Below, one piece after another: positions 37,597 through 47,293 of a DNA stretch of 64,000 nt (positions are counted from its first letter, which is position 1; each line of letters opens with the position of its first letter). This stretch comes from a virus (Duplodnaviria > Caudoviricetes). Both the position numbers and the translations under genes were made by a program. Location of the stretch: IMG/VR virus record IMGVR_UViG_3300046642_000423, positions 1,031 through 65,030 of that record; one strand, given 5' to 3'. Under the pieces are notes generated by a model, which was not told the origin of the DNA, searched no databases, and was given only the letters and a program-made list of their open reading frames with translations.

Positions 37597-37759
37597 GTTA
37601 TACGCCTAGACAAGAATATCTGTCAAGGGGAATAACAGGAAAATAGGAAAATAGTTGAGATAGCTGTGGATAACTGCTGATAGCCGCATAAACATTGAGT
37701 ATTAGTACATAACGTTAGTCCATTTTGTCTGTTGACAAGCCTTGGATAGGGTGTAGAGT
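37597..37759. promoter_or_regulatory. Divergent sigma70-like promoters flanking a consensus DnaA box
   Basis: - strand TTGACA (37626-21) with TATAAC; + strand TTGACA (37732-37) with TAGAGT; TGTGGATAA at 37665-37673. Confidence 0.6.
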
Positions 37760-37841
37760 GTTCCCGGTATCAACGTGCGGTCGCAAAGGGGCGGGGGCGC
37801 CGCGAACGCTCCCGCCTTCACTCTTTCGCGGGAGAGTTCCA

Positions 37842-38717
37842 TTGGATGAGCCTAAATCAACGCCAGCACTGCAAGTTGTGGCTGGTGGCATCAAGCGCAA
37901 CCTACCGATTTCCCTCCAGCAGCTCCTCAATAAGACATTCGATGAGAACATAAATGCCATCATCAGTTGTGGATTGCTCAACAAGGGCTCTCTGATGATC
38001 CTCGCCGGCCCTCCCAAGTCCTATAAGAGTTTCATCTTCAACTCATTTTGCTACCACCTGGCGACAGGGACGCCCTTATTTGGCGTTACCAAGGCGGTAC
38101 GGGAAAAGGAGCGGACTCCCACGTTCCTGGTCAATGGCAGCAAGCGAGTTCTCATGCTGGAGCAGGAAATAGGCGAATACGACCTGCAAATACGATTCCG
38201 GCAACTACTGGCAACCCTTCCTTCTCCCGAGCGGACCTTATGCCTGGAAAAGATATTCACCCACAGTTGTGACCACTCGATGCAGCTCGACACCATTCCC
38301 GGCCGTGATCACATCGCCAAGTTGATTGACAGCGTATCGCCAGATGTAGTGGCCTTCGATCCCTTAATTGAGTTCCATACCGGGGATGAGAACAGCGCCC
38401 AGGACATGAGTCGCGCGATGCATGGGCTTGACTGGCTGCGCGAGCGGTTCGAGTTTGGCAGCATGATCAGCCATCACACTGCGAAGCCACAGAAGGATTC
38501 CGACCGGATCGGCCCCGACAACCTCCGAGGATCCTCCGCGATCTACGGTAAGGGTGACACCTTCATTATGATTCGTCCCTCCGGCAAGAACATTCCCAAG
38601 GGTCAGATCCGGGTAGATTTTACCCTTCGCCGCGGCAAGCCCATTCATCCCCTCTACCTGAAAGTGAATACCGACACCCTCAAAACCGAGTTTTGCGAGT
38701 GGGTAATTGGGGGGTAA
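37842..38717 (+). CDS. AAA_25 / RepA-like SF4 helicase
   Basis: Walker A GPPKSYKS, VLMLEQE, Walker B VVAFDPL, HHTAK and LRGSS; GGAG SD + TTG 37842. Confidence 0.85.
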   Translation: MDEPKSTPALQVVAGGIKRNLPISLQQLLNKTFDENINAIISCGLLNKGSLMILAGPPKSYKSFIFNSFCYHLATGTPLFGVTKAVREKERTPTFLVNGSKRVLMLEQEIGEYDLQIRFRQLLATLPSPERTLCLEKIFTHSCDHSMQLDTIPGRDHIAKLIDSVSPDVVAFDPLIEFHTGDENSAQDMSRAMHGLDWLRERFEFGSMISHHTAKPQKDSDRIGPDNLRGSSAIYGKGDTFIMIRPSGKNIPKGQIRVDFTLRRGKPIHPLYLKVNTDTLKTEFCEWVIGG

Positions 38718-38747
38718 AAAGTATTCGCTTTTCTTACGCGGTACTAC

Positions 38748-38877
38748 GGCGCGGAGCACAGGAACTGGTACTAGGGTGGTCCGCGCCTTAAGATGCCTAT
38801 TATTATGAGATAGATAGAAGGGCGCGGAGCACAGAATAATTCCCCCTATATAGGAAAGGGGGCTGAGGTCCGCGCCC
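38748..38877. repeat. Iteron-like repeats, candidate replication origin
   Basis: GGCGCGGAGCACAG at 38748 and 38821; inverted partner GGTCCGCGCC at 38778 and 38867; AT-rich spacer. Confidence 0.55.
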
Positions 38878-39445
38878 TAAATGATGGTTTCAAAAATGAG
38901 GGCAATGAGACTGAAAATTGTGAGCACTGCCGTCCATAAAAGGAAGCGGGCGATCTGTCGGCTGCTCATAGTGCCGCCACGAGGCCGAGCAGTGCGATCA
39001 GCCAGCACAGGCTGCCCAGTACAGGTTTATAGACCGCGAACAACAGCACTCCCAGCACACCGAATACGATGAACACCAGCATGATTTACCTCCTCTTCAC
39101 TTGATTGCACCAATAACGGGCATTACCTGTATTGCGTTTACCTGCCTACCTTGCATATCCTCTCAGATGGAGGCATCCCATCCGATGACCTGTCCAAACT
39201 GTCCTCACCTGCTTGCTCTGCACGATCACGATGGCTGTACGCTCGTCCTGTGCCAATGCTCGACGCGCCCGCCGCGGTCGGTCCCACCGTTCCATCCCCC
39301 GGCCGAATGGGAGCTGGATGCGCTACTCGCGGAAGCGCACCGCCGTACGCATATCACCAGGCACGCTAGGGTGCCCGCCAGCACATCCGCTGGGCGCCTG
39401 CCAGTACAAAGTGGCTACCGGACCCAGCGAACGCTCTGAGAGGCT

Positions 39446-39778
39446 CTAATAGCCTAATGGGCCCCTATAGCCTGATAGAACGAAATAGACAGCCCCTGCC
39501 AGCATTACCAGCGCGCCGACCACCCAGGCAGTCTCCTGAATGGCTGCTCCATGCCTATACCACCACAACCGCCGGCGGATCGCCCGCTGCTCGTATTCGC
39601 GTTCATATTCGAGGCGCAGCTCGCGTTCTTCTCGATCTTCCAGTTCCAGTTCGTATTCGATCATTGTGTGACCTTCCTCTCTTGGCACAGTTAATGGAGT
39701 CAAAACATCTCCAAATCCATTGTCTCTCATAATCTTGCGACCACGTTCTATGATCCTGCGTTCTTCTTCACGATTCAT
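39446..39778 (-). CDS. Hypothetical protein with C-terminal TM helix
   Basis: AAGGA SD; hydrophobic C-terminus. Confidence 0.5.
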   Translation of the reverse strand: MNREEERRIIERGRKIMRDNGFGDVLTPLTVPREEGHTMIEYELELEDREERELRLEYEREYEQRAIRRRLWWYRHGAAIQETAWVVGALVMLAGAVYFVLSGYRGPLGY

Positions 39779-39951
39779 GGCTTATTCCTTCGCCACCATC
39801 CGCGCGACGATAGCGTGCACTTCATCGTCAATCGCCTGCGCCACAGAGAAGTCCAAGCTACGTGCGGCTTGGTTACGCGCTGCCCCCAGCAGCAGGACAA
39901 GGAAGTCCATTTCGGATAGCGTCATCACTTTACGATTGATGGGAATAGGTT

Positions 39952-40344
39952 TCATGATTCACCCTCGCAGCAAGCCTTCACAAACGATGTAGGACACACC
40001 CATTTATACTCTGTTTCCGTTCGCGTGATCGTGGGAGCCTTCCAGTATTCCCGATCCACAACCTCGCGGGTTCCTGTTTTAACGCGCGTGCACACCTGAT
40101 AATGCCACCACTCAACTTTCAAGGTGATAGGACCGAATTTACGCTCCAGCCCAATGGTATTGCGCTTGTTAATCTTGCGGCACTTACCGAGCATTTTTGC
40201 GTGGTCGCCAATTTCAGATGTGGGTACCTTGGCCCCACGTAGAAAGGTAATTGTTTTATTCTTGGGTGGAACGTAGAAGTCAGGATTAGATTCCAGGAAG
40301 TCCGCCAGGTCCCGCAATCCTGCAATGAAGTTGTTTCGACTCAT
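39952..40344 (-). CDS. Hypothetical phage protein
   Basis: FIAGLRDLADFLE...QVCTRVKTGTREV...YKWVC. Confidence 0.65.
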   Translation of the reverse strand: MSRNNFIAGLRDLADFLESNPDFYVPPKNKTITFLRGAKVPTSEIGDHAKMLGKCRKINKRNTIGLERKFGPITLKVEWWHYQVCTRVKTGTREVVDREYWKAPTITRTETEYKWVCPTSFVKACCEGES

Positions 40345-43300
40345 GGCTTACCCTCGTTGAGCATGTCTCTAATCATCTGCGCGTGCAGCTGCCGCACACG
40401 ATACAGTGTCGCCTCATGCCCTGTGAGTTTTTCAGCTTCCGTTATCGCTGCGTCCAGCTCGGCCAGCTCCCGCTCGCATGGTTCCGGCTCATTGACTTGG
40501 CTCCAGTCCTGCAACTGTTGAATATGCGGATCGTCATTCATGGCTATCCTCCATTCGAGCAAAGGGAATGTCAGATAAGGCAGTTTCTTCGATGTGCCAA
40601 ATGCCACCATTGACGCGCCATTTGCGAAATACGGTGCCATCTTCCCTTTTAGTCCACCGTTCTTCGATTGTGACGCGCGGATCGTCTTGACTGTTCATGG
40701 CTTCCTCCAGGGATCACGTTCTTTTGGATATGTCATCGCATTAACCCCCATCCTAGAATAGCCACGCTCACACCCCACGCAGCCCACAGCAGGAAACGTA
40801 CGCGGACAGATTGCGCTCCGTTGCTTCCGCTTCGTTCGCTCATCGCGTCACCTTCCCGCCATTCGGCCCACACTCACCAGCGATGTAGGCCAGCCAGCGT
40901 TTGCGGTTGAAACGTGGGTTCTGCGACTGGCAGAAGTCGGCCAGCACGTTGATGTTTTGCAGGCTGAAACGGTATCCCTTCATTGTAGAATCATTTTCGG
41001 CAGTTCTGTTTGCATCTTTAATTCGATCCGCCAGCGCAATAAAGTGTTTCTTAGTCATGTCGCATCTCCTATCGTGCATCCCGTCTTCCCCGCGCGGGTT
41101 GCGGTAGATGTCAATCCTTCTTATCCTTGCGAGCTTCGATTTCAGCCAGTACGTCCGTGTTAAACCAATCTTCTAACTTTCGGCACGCAGCTTTATAATT
41201 CTCTTCACACTCAGCCATTGCCTTTTCAAATTTAGATTGAATGATGTCTACACTTTCTGTCACCAAGCTATACATTTTTCCATTGTCAATCCTTGCAATT
41301 GGCCTATGGGTATTCGATAATTCCGCGTGGCCGTGCTTGCTCGTCACACGCCAGAACGTATAGCGAAATGGCGGTTTAACTTTCATTGATCTAGGCACGA
41401 GGCTCCACGTTGTGTGAACTGACGCAGATAGCTTGCATCGTGGCATCCCCACGCGCCCGTACCGCGATTGCGAAACTGCGCGATGCGTTCTAGGTAACTG
41501 TCACATTGTTTTCTGCCGGCAATGGGAACACGCAAGCTAATACGGATGTGTAGTGCTTTGCGGAATTGGCGATACCAGACTTTTGCGTCCGTTGAACTGT
41601 CTACAGCGCACGCTTGCAAACGTGGTTTCACATAGGAAAGGTAATCGCCTACAAGCTGGTATTCGCGCCACGGCGTCAGTCGCACAAACTGACGTTCGTT
41701 ATCAGCGCGACATTCCGGGCAGTTATTGTGACTAATGTGCTGCGCGATGTGTGCTTTGTGTCCTACAGATTGCATGTTCCATCCCTCCCAATCGGCCAGT
41801 TAATCCAGCCTATCGTTCGCGTCCAATATTCCCGTTGACCACATCCCGATACAAATCTTGATCCTCGTGAAACACTGACAGCGCGTACAGTTCAGCCTCA
41901 ACAATCTTTTCCTCTGTCCACATGGGAGCGGTGCATCGTTTGCGAATATCGGCCCGCACCGCATTATCGGACGTTGAAACGTGCATACGTCCTACCAGCC
42001 AACTAATCTGTCCTTTGGGTATGTCCATGTTCGTGCCCTCCAATTCGAGTTAGGCCATCAATCCAGCCTAGTCTGCCCACCGTAGCGGGCAGAATGCGCG
42101 GGACTAATCCCACTGAATCAATTCATACTTGCCATTGGACACATCCGCACGCGCAGCCGGATGGCAGACTCCAATACGCTCAAACTTGCCAGTGGTCTTA
42201 CGGCGAGCGGACACCACGTAGTACGAACAGCATTCTTCTTCGACTAGCGTAAAGCGCACCTTGCGTGCTTTCGCCTGTCGCGTACGTCCTAGTGACTTTC
42301 CCTCTTTAACATTCGCATCATAAGCAGCATGTTCACTTGTATTGTCCATTTGCGGCCTCCATTTCATCGGTCCAATACGCAGACGCTACAGCATCCTGTA
42401 ACTTAGCGCGTTGGTTGTTCCGCGCACGTGCGGCCTTGGAATCAGAATACGTATACTTGTTGCCGTGTTCAGCCTCAAAGAGTTTTAGTGCGGCCTTGGC
42501 TTGCTCGAATACTTCACGCTGCGTACGTCCTAGTTTGGGAGTATTCACTGTGCACCATCCTTGGCCACGCCATCGGCACACTGACTGCAACGATTATTGG
42601 CATAATGCACAGTCATTCCAAGGTAACGGTCAATCTTCCCGCTAGGGAACAATTCACCGCACAGACAGTAGATCAACCCTTGAATAACTAGAGCTTGCCT
42701 CTGCGCTTCAAGTAAGCGGGCATGAGCTTGTTGGAATGCGACAAGTGTATTCATGGCCGCACCACGCCATCGGGCACGTATTCGACACGCTGTACTGGAT
42801 TCTTACAATACTTCCCGTGGTGCGAACGATAGATGTGCATGCAAACTGTCTCGCCACACTTCTCACAGGACTTGGAATCCCGTGTGCCGAACATACACAT
42901 AGAACATAGACCACTGAGATATTTAGGCAATGTGTGCTTTAGCGTTTCCATTGCGTTCCCTCCAGTTCAATTTGAATCTACTCCACTGAGCGCACCACGC
43001 GGATGCGCTCTAGCAGTAGACTCAGGACAGGTAAAGAATGGCGTCCTTATCGCCAGACACGAGCTCGTCATAATCCGGCTGCAATTGTGGTATTTCAGAA
43101 TCTTTGACAAGGTCGGTTAGGCTGAACTGGTGAACACCAGACCAACACAGTTCGTCAAGGTAGGTTTCAATCGTGGTATCTTCATCGGAATCGCCTTGCA
43201 GGGCATCCTTAGCCGCATCGCGCATAGCCGACATAGCGGCCGTACGGACCTTGTGCGCGTCATTGCCGACAATGCGCGTGAATGGATCATTGTCGCGCCA

Positions 43301-43365
43301 CCAGCATGCAGCCACGAACACTGTCACATCCTTTACTGTCTGTTTCGTTTGCATCTTGTTACCCT
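40341..43365 (-). other. Array of short early-type hypothetical genes (e.g. 40840-41058, 41111-41385, 41383-41775, 41810-42028, 42104-42348, 42333-42547, 42545-42754, 42751-42951, 43022-43354)
   Basis: Co-directional small ORFs with GGAG(G) SDs and intergenic hairpins, downstream of a strong promoter; individual starts approximate. Confidence 0.65.
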
Positions 43366-43409
43366 CCAGTTCAGATTGACTACTATGTCTGCCATATGCT
43401 GACAGTGCG

Positions 43410-43438
43410 ATTCTGCCATTATGCATTATTCTTGTCAA
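43410..43438 (-). promoter_or_regulatory. Strong sigma70-like early promoter
   Basis: TTGACA-17-CAGAAT with extended TG. Confidence 0.7.
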
Positions 43439-43892
43439 TAGTTAATTGATGTTATAGAGAATATAGTTGGAATGCGACGTGCTTAGAGATACGCATATGG
43501 GTAGAAAGGTTACCAAAGAGAAAAACATTTCCATAGTGGTCCGATGTTACATAACTACCCAGATGGGATAGTTTCGTTACATCCACCATATATGGTAGTT
43601 CTACCGTATGTGGTGGCGCATAGTCCGAGTACATTGTCCGCGCATGTGAACTGGCGACGAGGAGCACATACCTACACTCGGGATCACGCGCTCAATGCGC
43701 CTACGCATACACGCGCTCACTGCGCCGACAATGCTCATTAATAGGCTAACGGTAGGCGCTGTCCGCGCATAGGCCAGCATAGTCGCTGAGTTGTCCGTAT
43801 CCCATAGAGAGTGATGACGGAGACGTGCTATTTCCCTGTGCGCTCATTTTTTATTTTTTTACATTTTTCTGTATATTTTTTCACATTCAATA

Positions 43893-43923
43893 TTGACTTT
43901 CCTTAATTGATAGTGTATATAAT
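43893..43923 (+). promoter_or_regulatory. Sigma70-like promoter, probably leaderless
   Basis: TTGACT...TATAAT, upstream T-tract, ATG 43931 seven nt after the -10. Confidence 0.6.
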
Positions 43924-43930
43924 ATGGATT

Positions 43931-44923
43931 ATGAATAACGAGGTGGATCCGATCGATTGCATTGTGCAGGAGCTGACCGGCATGGAGCCGGAAGCGTCCA
44001 CGGAACCGCCGCAATCAACTGATTACACATACCTTTACGATAGATTGACTACTCTAAAGACGCACCAAGCGTCCATTACCCGTGACATCGCCAGCATTGA
44101 ATATAAACTCGGCATCTCGAAGGATGCGCGGACGGAATGGAAATGCTTACGCTGCCATCATCGCTGGCAAGGTGGCTCCCTTCCGCCTACTCGCTGCCAA
44201 CGTTGCAAATCACCATGCTGGTTCAAAGCGCCGCGCACCATGCGCGATCGCCATCCAGAGGATAAGCCTGCCAAATCTTGGTACAAGCCAACTGGGCGCC
44301 CTCGAGGTCGTCCTCCTGGGACTCCTAATAAACGTGTCTATTTTGCCACACCTGTCGAGGTTCCCACTCAGCCTGGGCCATCGCAGCTTCCACCGCTGGA
44401 CCTGCCGCGACTGGGAAATGCGCCCGCGGCGCGCGCGCCGGCTAACCTTGCTGCTTCGGCAGCATCTCTACCTCCTCTACCAGCTCCATCCGTACCCTTG
44501 CCGGCGCCTACGTACGAGTATCATCTCTATTCGTCACCCGCGCGACCGCTTGCCGAACGCTTGCGCCAACTCTCACAGGAACCGCCGCAACCGGAACATT
44601 CATCCAGTTTCAGTGATGAATATATGAAAAGCGCAATAAAAGAAGGCAATCGTCTAATCGCCGAGGAAATTATTCGCATTGGTGGAGTTTCTGATGAGCC
44701 GCCTGCACAGCCTGAATCATTCGGACCTGGCCAGCTATATTCCAATCCACCTGCTTATATCCAGAACGTAGAATCCCCAACCGAGGTTACTGATGAGCCC
44801 GTCAACATTGAAACCGTCGTCGAAGGGTGGGATGCGCGCATGGAAGAACGACCGTCCGACCTTCCCGACGTCCCAGATCCCCTCTCCGACGACCTACCCG
44901 ACGATACCGATCGCAGCGACTAA
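43931..44923 (+). CDS. Zinc-finger/AT-hook protein with Pro-rich and acidic tail
   Basis: CLRC...CQRC, TGRPRGRPP and a disordered C-terminus. Confidence 0.65.
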   Translation: MNNEVDPIDCIVQELTGMEPEASTEPPQSTDYTYLYDRLTTLKTHQASITRDIASIEYKLGISKDARTEWKCLRCHHRWQGGSLPPTRCQRCKSPCWFKAPRTMRDRHPEDKPAKSWYKPTGRPRGRPPGTPNKRVYFATPVEVPTQPGPSQLPPLDLPRLGNAPAARAPANLAASAASLPPLPAPSVPLPAPTYEYHLYSSPARPLAERLRQLSQEPPQPEHSSSFSDEYMKSAIKEGNRLIAEEIIRIGGVSDEPPAQPESFGPGQLYSNPPAYIQNVESPTEVTDEPVNIETVVEGWDARMEERPSDLPDVPDPLSDDLPDDTDRSD

Positions 44924-45232
44924 CTGTTCCTGGTCCCTGCGTTTGCTCATCTCCAATCGTTGGGAGCATTGCTGGCGTGCCATCTGCACTGCCCATGCGC
45001 GCCGCTTCCACGATCCCACCGCCCATCTCCACGCCCTGCGTGAGCTCCATGCCCAGCGCATCATTGCCCTTACGCGCGCCGACATCCGTCAGAAAACTAT
45101 CTTCCGTTTCGATCTCGACTCGCCCACCATCTCCGATGAAGAGTTCCAACACGAACTCGACTGGGCCGTCAAGCGCCGCATCATGTATGCCGAGCATGGT
45201 AGAATCCGCAAAGTGAAAGGGAAAATCGCACA

Positions 45233-45736
45233 ATGCCAACCAATAACGAACGCATCGCCAACACCGCTCTAAGCGGAGGTGAAGTCAAGCAACTCATCCG
45301 TGCCGACTGCGACACTCTGCTCGCTGCTGAGGGCATGCTCTCCGATTATGTCGCCTACGGCCGTATGGGTTACCGCCTCACCCTCGCTCTCTACATCGAT
45401 AACCCACATCACCCGCGCTCGGAATCTCACATCGTTTCGCGCCCGCATGCTACCGCTGAGATTGCTATCAACCCTCCACTCGCCGCGGTGGAAACGCCTC
45501 CCCTCACATCGCCATCAGAGGAATCCGCTATAGGTGCAACCTCTCTCTCGCGCAACATTTCCTCGCCCAATGCGGAGCGACTGCGCGCCAACCTACCCAT
45601 TCCCGTCGCCGTCCTTCAGCAAGACGGCACAACCATCATCAACATGGTTCGTTATCCCGCCAATGCCAACGTGGATCCGGGTGATATTGTGATTGATGAT
45701 GTGACGGAAGCTGCCCTGGCAGAGTGGAAGCGCTGA
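45233..45736 (+). CDS. Hypothetical protein
   Basis: 167-aa ORF coupled to the next gene. Confidence 0.65.
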   Translation: MPTNNERIANTALSGGEVKQLIRADCDTLLAAEGMLSDYVAYGRMGYRLTLALYIDNPHHPRSESHIVSRPHATAEIAINPPLAAVETPPLTSPSEESAIGATSLSRNISSPNAERLRANLPIPVAVLQQDGTTIINMVRYPANANVDPGDIVIDDVTEAALAEWKR

Positions 45737-45966
45737 TGGCTCTATTCGCCAGTCTGCGTGCCGTTGTCTACTTCCGCCGTGGCGTACGTGCGCTCGAGCG
45801 CCTAGCCGATGCGACCGAATCCCTCGCACGCATTGCCGAATCGGATCACAAAGTGAAGACAACTGTGCGCAAGCCGCGTCCCACTGAGTTCTTTCAAATG
45901 GACACCAAGGCTGCCGAAGAAATCTATGAACGTGACCGTGCGGAACGGGAAGCTGAGTTAAGCTGA
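45736..45966 (+). CDS. Hypothetical protein
   Basis: TGATG coupling at both ends. Confidence 0.6.
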   Translation: MALFASLRAVVYFRRGVRALERLADATESLARIAESDHKVKTTVRKPRPTEFFQMDTKAAEEIYERDRAEREAELS

Positions 45967-46106
45967 TGATCTATAATATCTACACGAGGTTCTGGGCAGA
46001 AATAGCTGATATGTTTAAGGTGTGTAAGCCGATTAGAAACTTTGCCCTAGTGAGAGTACATAGATATCTCAAATGGGATTTTGCAGATCCAAGAAATAAC
46101 TGAGCC

Positions 46107-46352
46107 ATGGATAGACGCAGATTCTTATCGCTCACAGTAGGCGGTATAACCGCCGCCGCAGCGGTGCGCACATTTCCATTCCGTGTGTTCAGTTTTCCAT
46201 CCGATATTGTCATCCCGGCCGTCCACGAATCAACATTCGATGCAATCAATACAGCTACATTGGAAGGGCTTCGTGAAGGCGTATGGATGGATACCTTTTT
46301 TGTTGATTCTGCTTGGATAAAGCGAATGGCCGCAGATATAGGGTTAAGCTGA
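46107..46352 (+). CDS. Tat-signal mini-protein homologous to the major capsid protein N-terminus
   Basis: MDRRRFL + hydrophobic stretch; TFDAINTATLEGLREGVWMDTFFVDSAW vs capsid TFDQISATTLADLRDDILYDNFFVDTAW. Confidence 0.75.
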   Translation: MDRRRFLSLTVGGITAAAAVRTFPFRVFSFPSDIVIPAVHESTFDAINTATLEGLREGVWMDTFFVDSAWIKRMAADIGLS

Positions 46353-46555
46353 TGAAATACAATGAAAAAGAGTGGCAACTTGAGCTATGGAAGGTAGTCA
46401 TTGCAGGTTGTTATGATCGAGTGGAAAAAGGAATCGCCACTGAGAGAGATAAGATTTACATAGAAGCATGGGAAATGGCTGAAGATCATCTTGCCGAAGC
46501 TCCTGTTGTCATTGATCGTCCATTCTTTGAGTTAATGAAAGAGAAGTGGTCATAA
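46352..46555 (+). CDS. Hypothetical protein
   Basis: TGATG coupling; AT-rich. Confidence 0.55.
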   Translation: MKYNEKEWQLELWKVVIAGCYDRVEKGIATERDKIYIEAWEMAEDHLAEAPVVIDRPFFELMKEKWS

Positions 46556-46558
46556 TCC

Positions 46559-47293
46559 ATGGACCGCCGCGCTCCCATTACCCGTGATCTCTACCACAAA
46601 GCTCTCGCCAAACTCCTCGTCACGCCCACCGATGTCCAGCAGGCCCCACGCGTAACGCCTGACCTGCGTCGCATCTGTGCCGCCATTGCTGAATCTCCCA
46701 TGAACATTCCTTCTGACCCATTCTATTACCTTGCCGCATCGCCCGATCCAGACGCGCGCCGTATCCTCAATGCGAGAGAAAAACTCACTCCCGGCCAGCG
46801 TAAACTCGTTCCCATAGAAGCGCTCTGCCTCTCGGTCAACGTCGCTCCTCATCGCGTACTCGAGATGGTCACTGCCGCTGCCGTGCGTATCGGCGCCCAA
46901 GGTGATCGCATCGTTGCCGCGGTATCCCATATGGGTGTCGTTCAACACACTGTGAAGATGGCCTTAACTCCCATGGGAATCGCCGACCGCATGGCCCTGC
47001 ACAAAGCTACCGGCTTTATCGAGTCCCCCAGGGGTGCGCATACCACGGTGAACGTAGCAGCCAGTGCGCGTGCCGACGCACAATCCAGTCCTACTGTGCA
47101 GAATGCTATCGTCGCCGCTCCACCACCCGAGCGCACCATCCGCACTCTTGTCGATCGCTTCAATGAGCGCCGCGCCGCCCTTACGCCGGCCCCTGTGCGA
47201 GAACTGCCTATGCCAACCGATCCAATTCTGCCAACCGATCCAATTCCCACCCGCGAAATAGAAATGGTTCCCATTGAAGACGAAGACGAATAA
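46559..47293 (+). CDS. Putative terminase small subunit
   Basis: Immediately upstream of TerL and helical; assignment is positional only. Confidence 0.45.
   Translation: MDRRAPITRDLYHKALAKLLVTPTDVQQAPRVTPDLRRICAAIAESPMNIPSDPFYYLAASPDPDARRILNAREKLTPGQRKLVPIEALCLSVNVAPHRVLEMVTAAAVRIGAQGDRIVAAVSHMGVVQHTVKMALTPMGIADRMALHKATGFIESPRGAHTTVNVAASARADAQSSPTVQNAIVAAPPPERTIRTLVDRFNERRAALTPAPVRELPMPTDPILPTDPIPTREIEMVPIEDEDE

Noticed and set aside
42280-42534. 14-bp repeat GCGTACGTCCTAGT in two adjacent early genes
   Set aside because: Only two copies, both within coding sequence (LGRT); too weak to support a claim.
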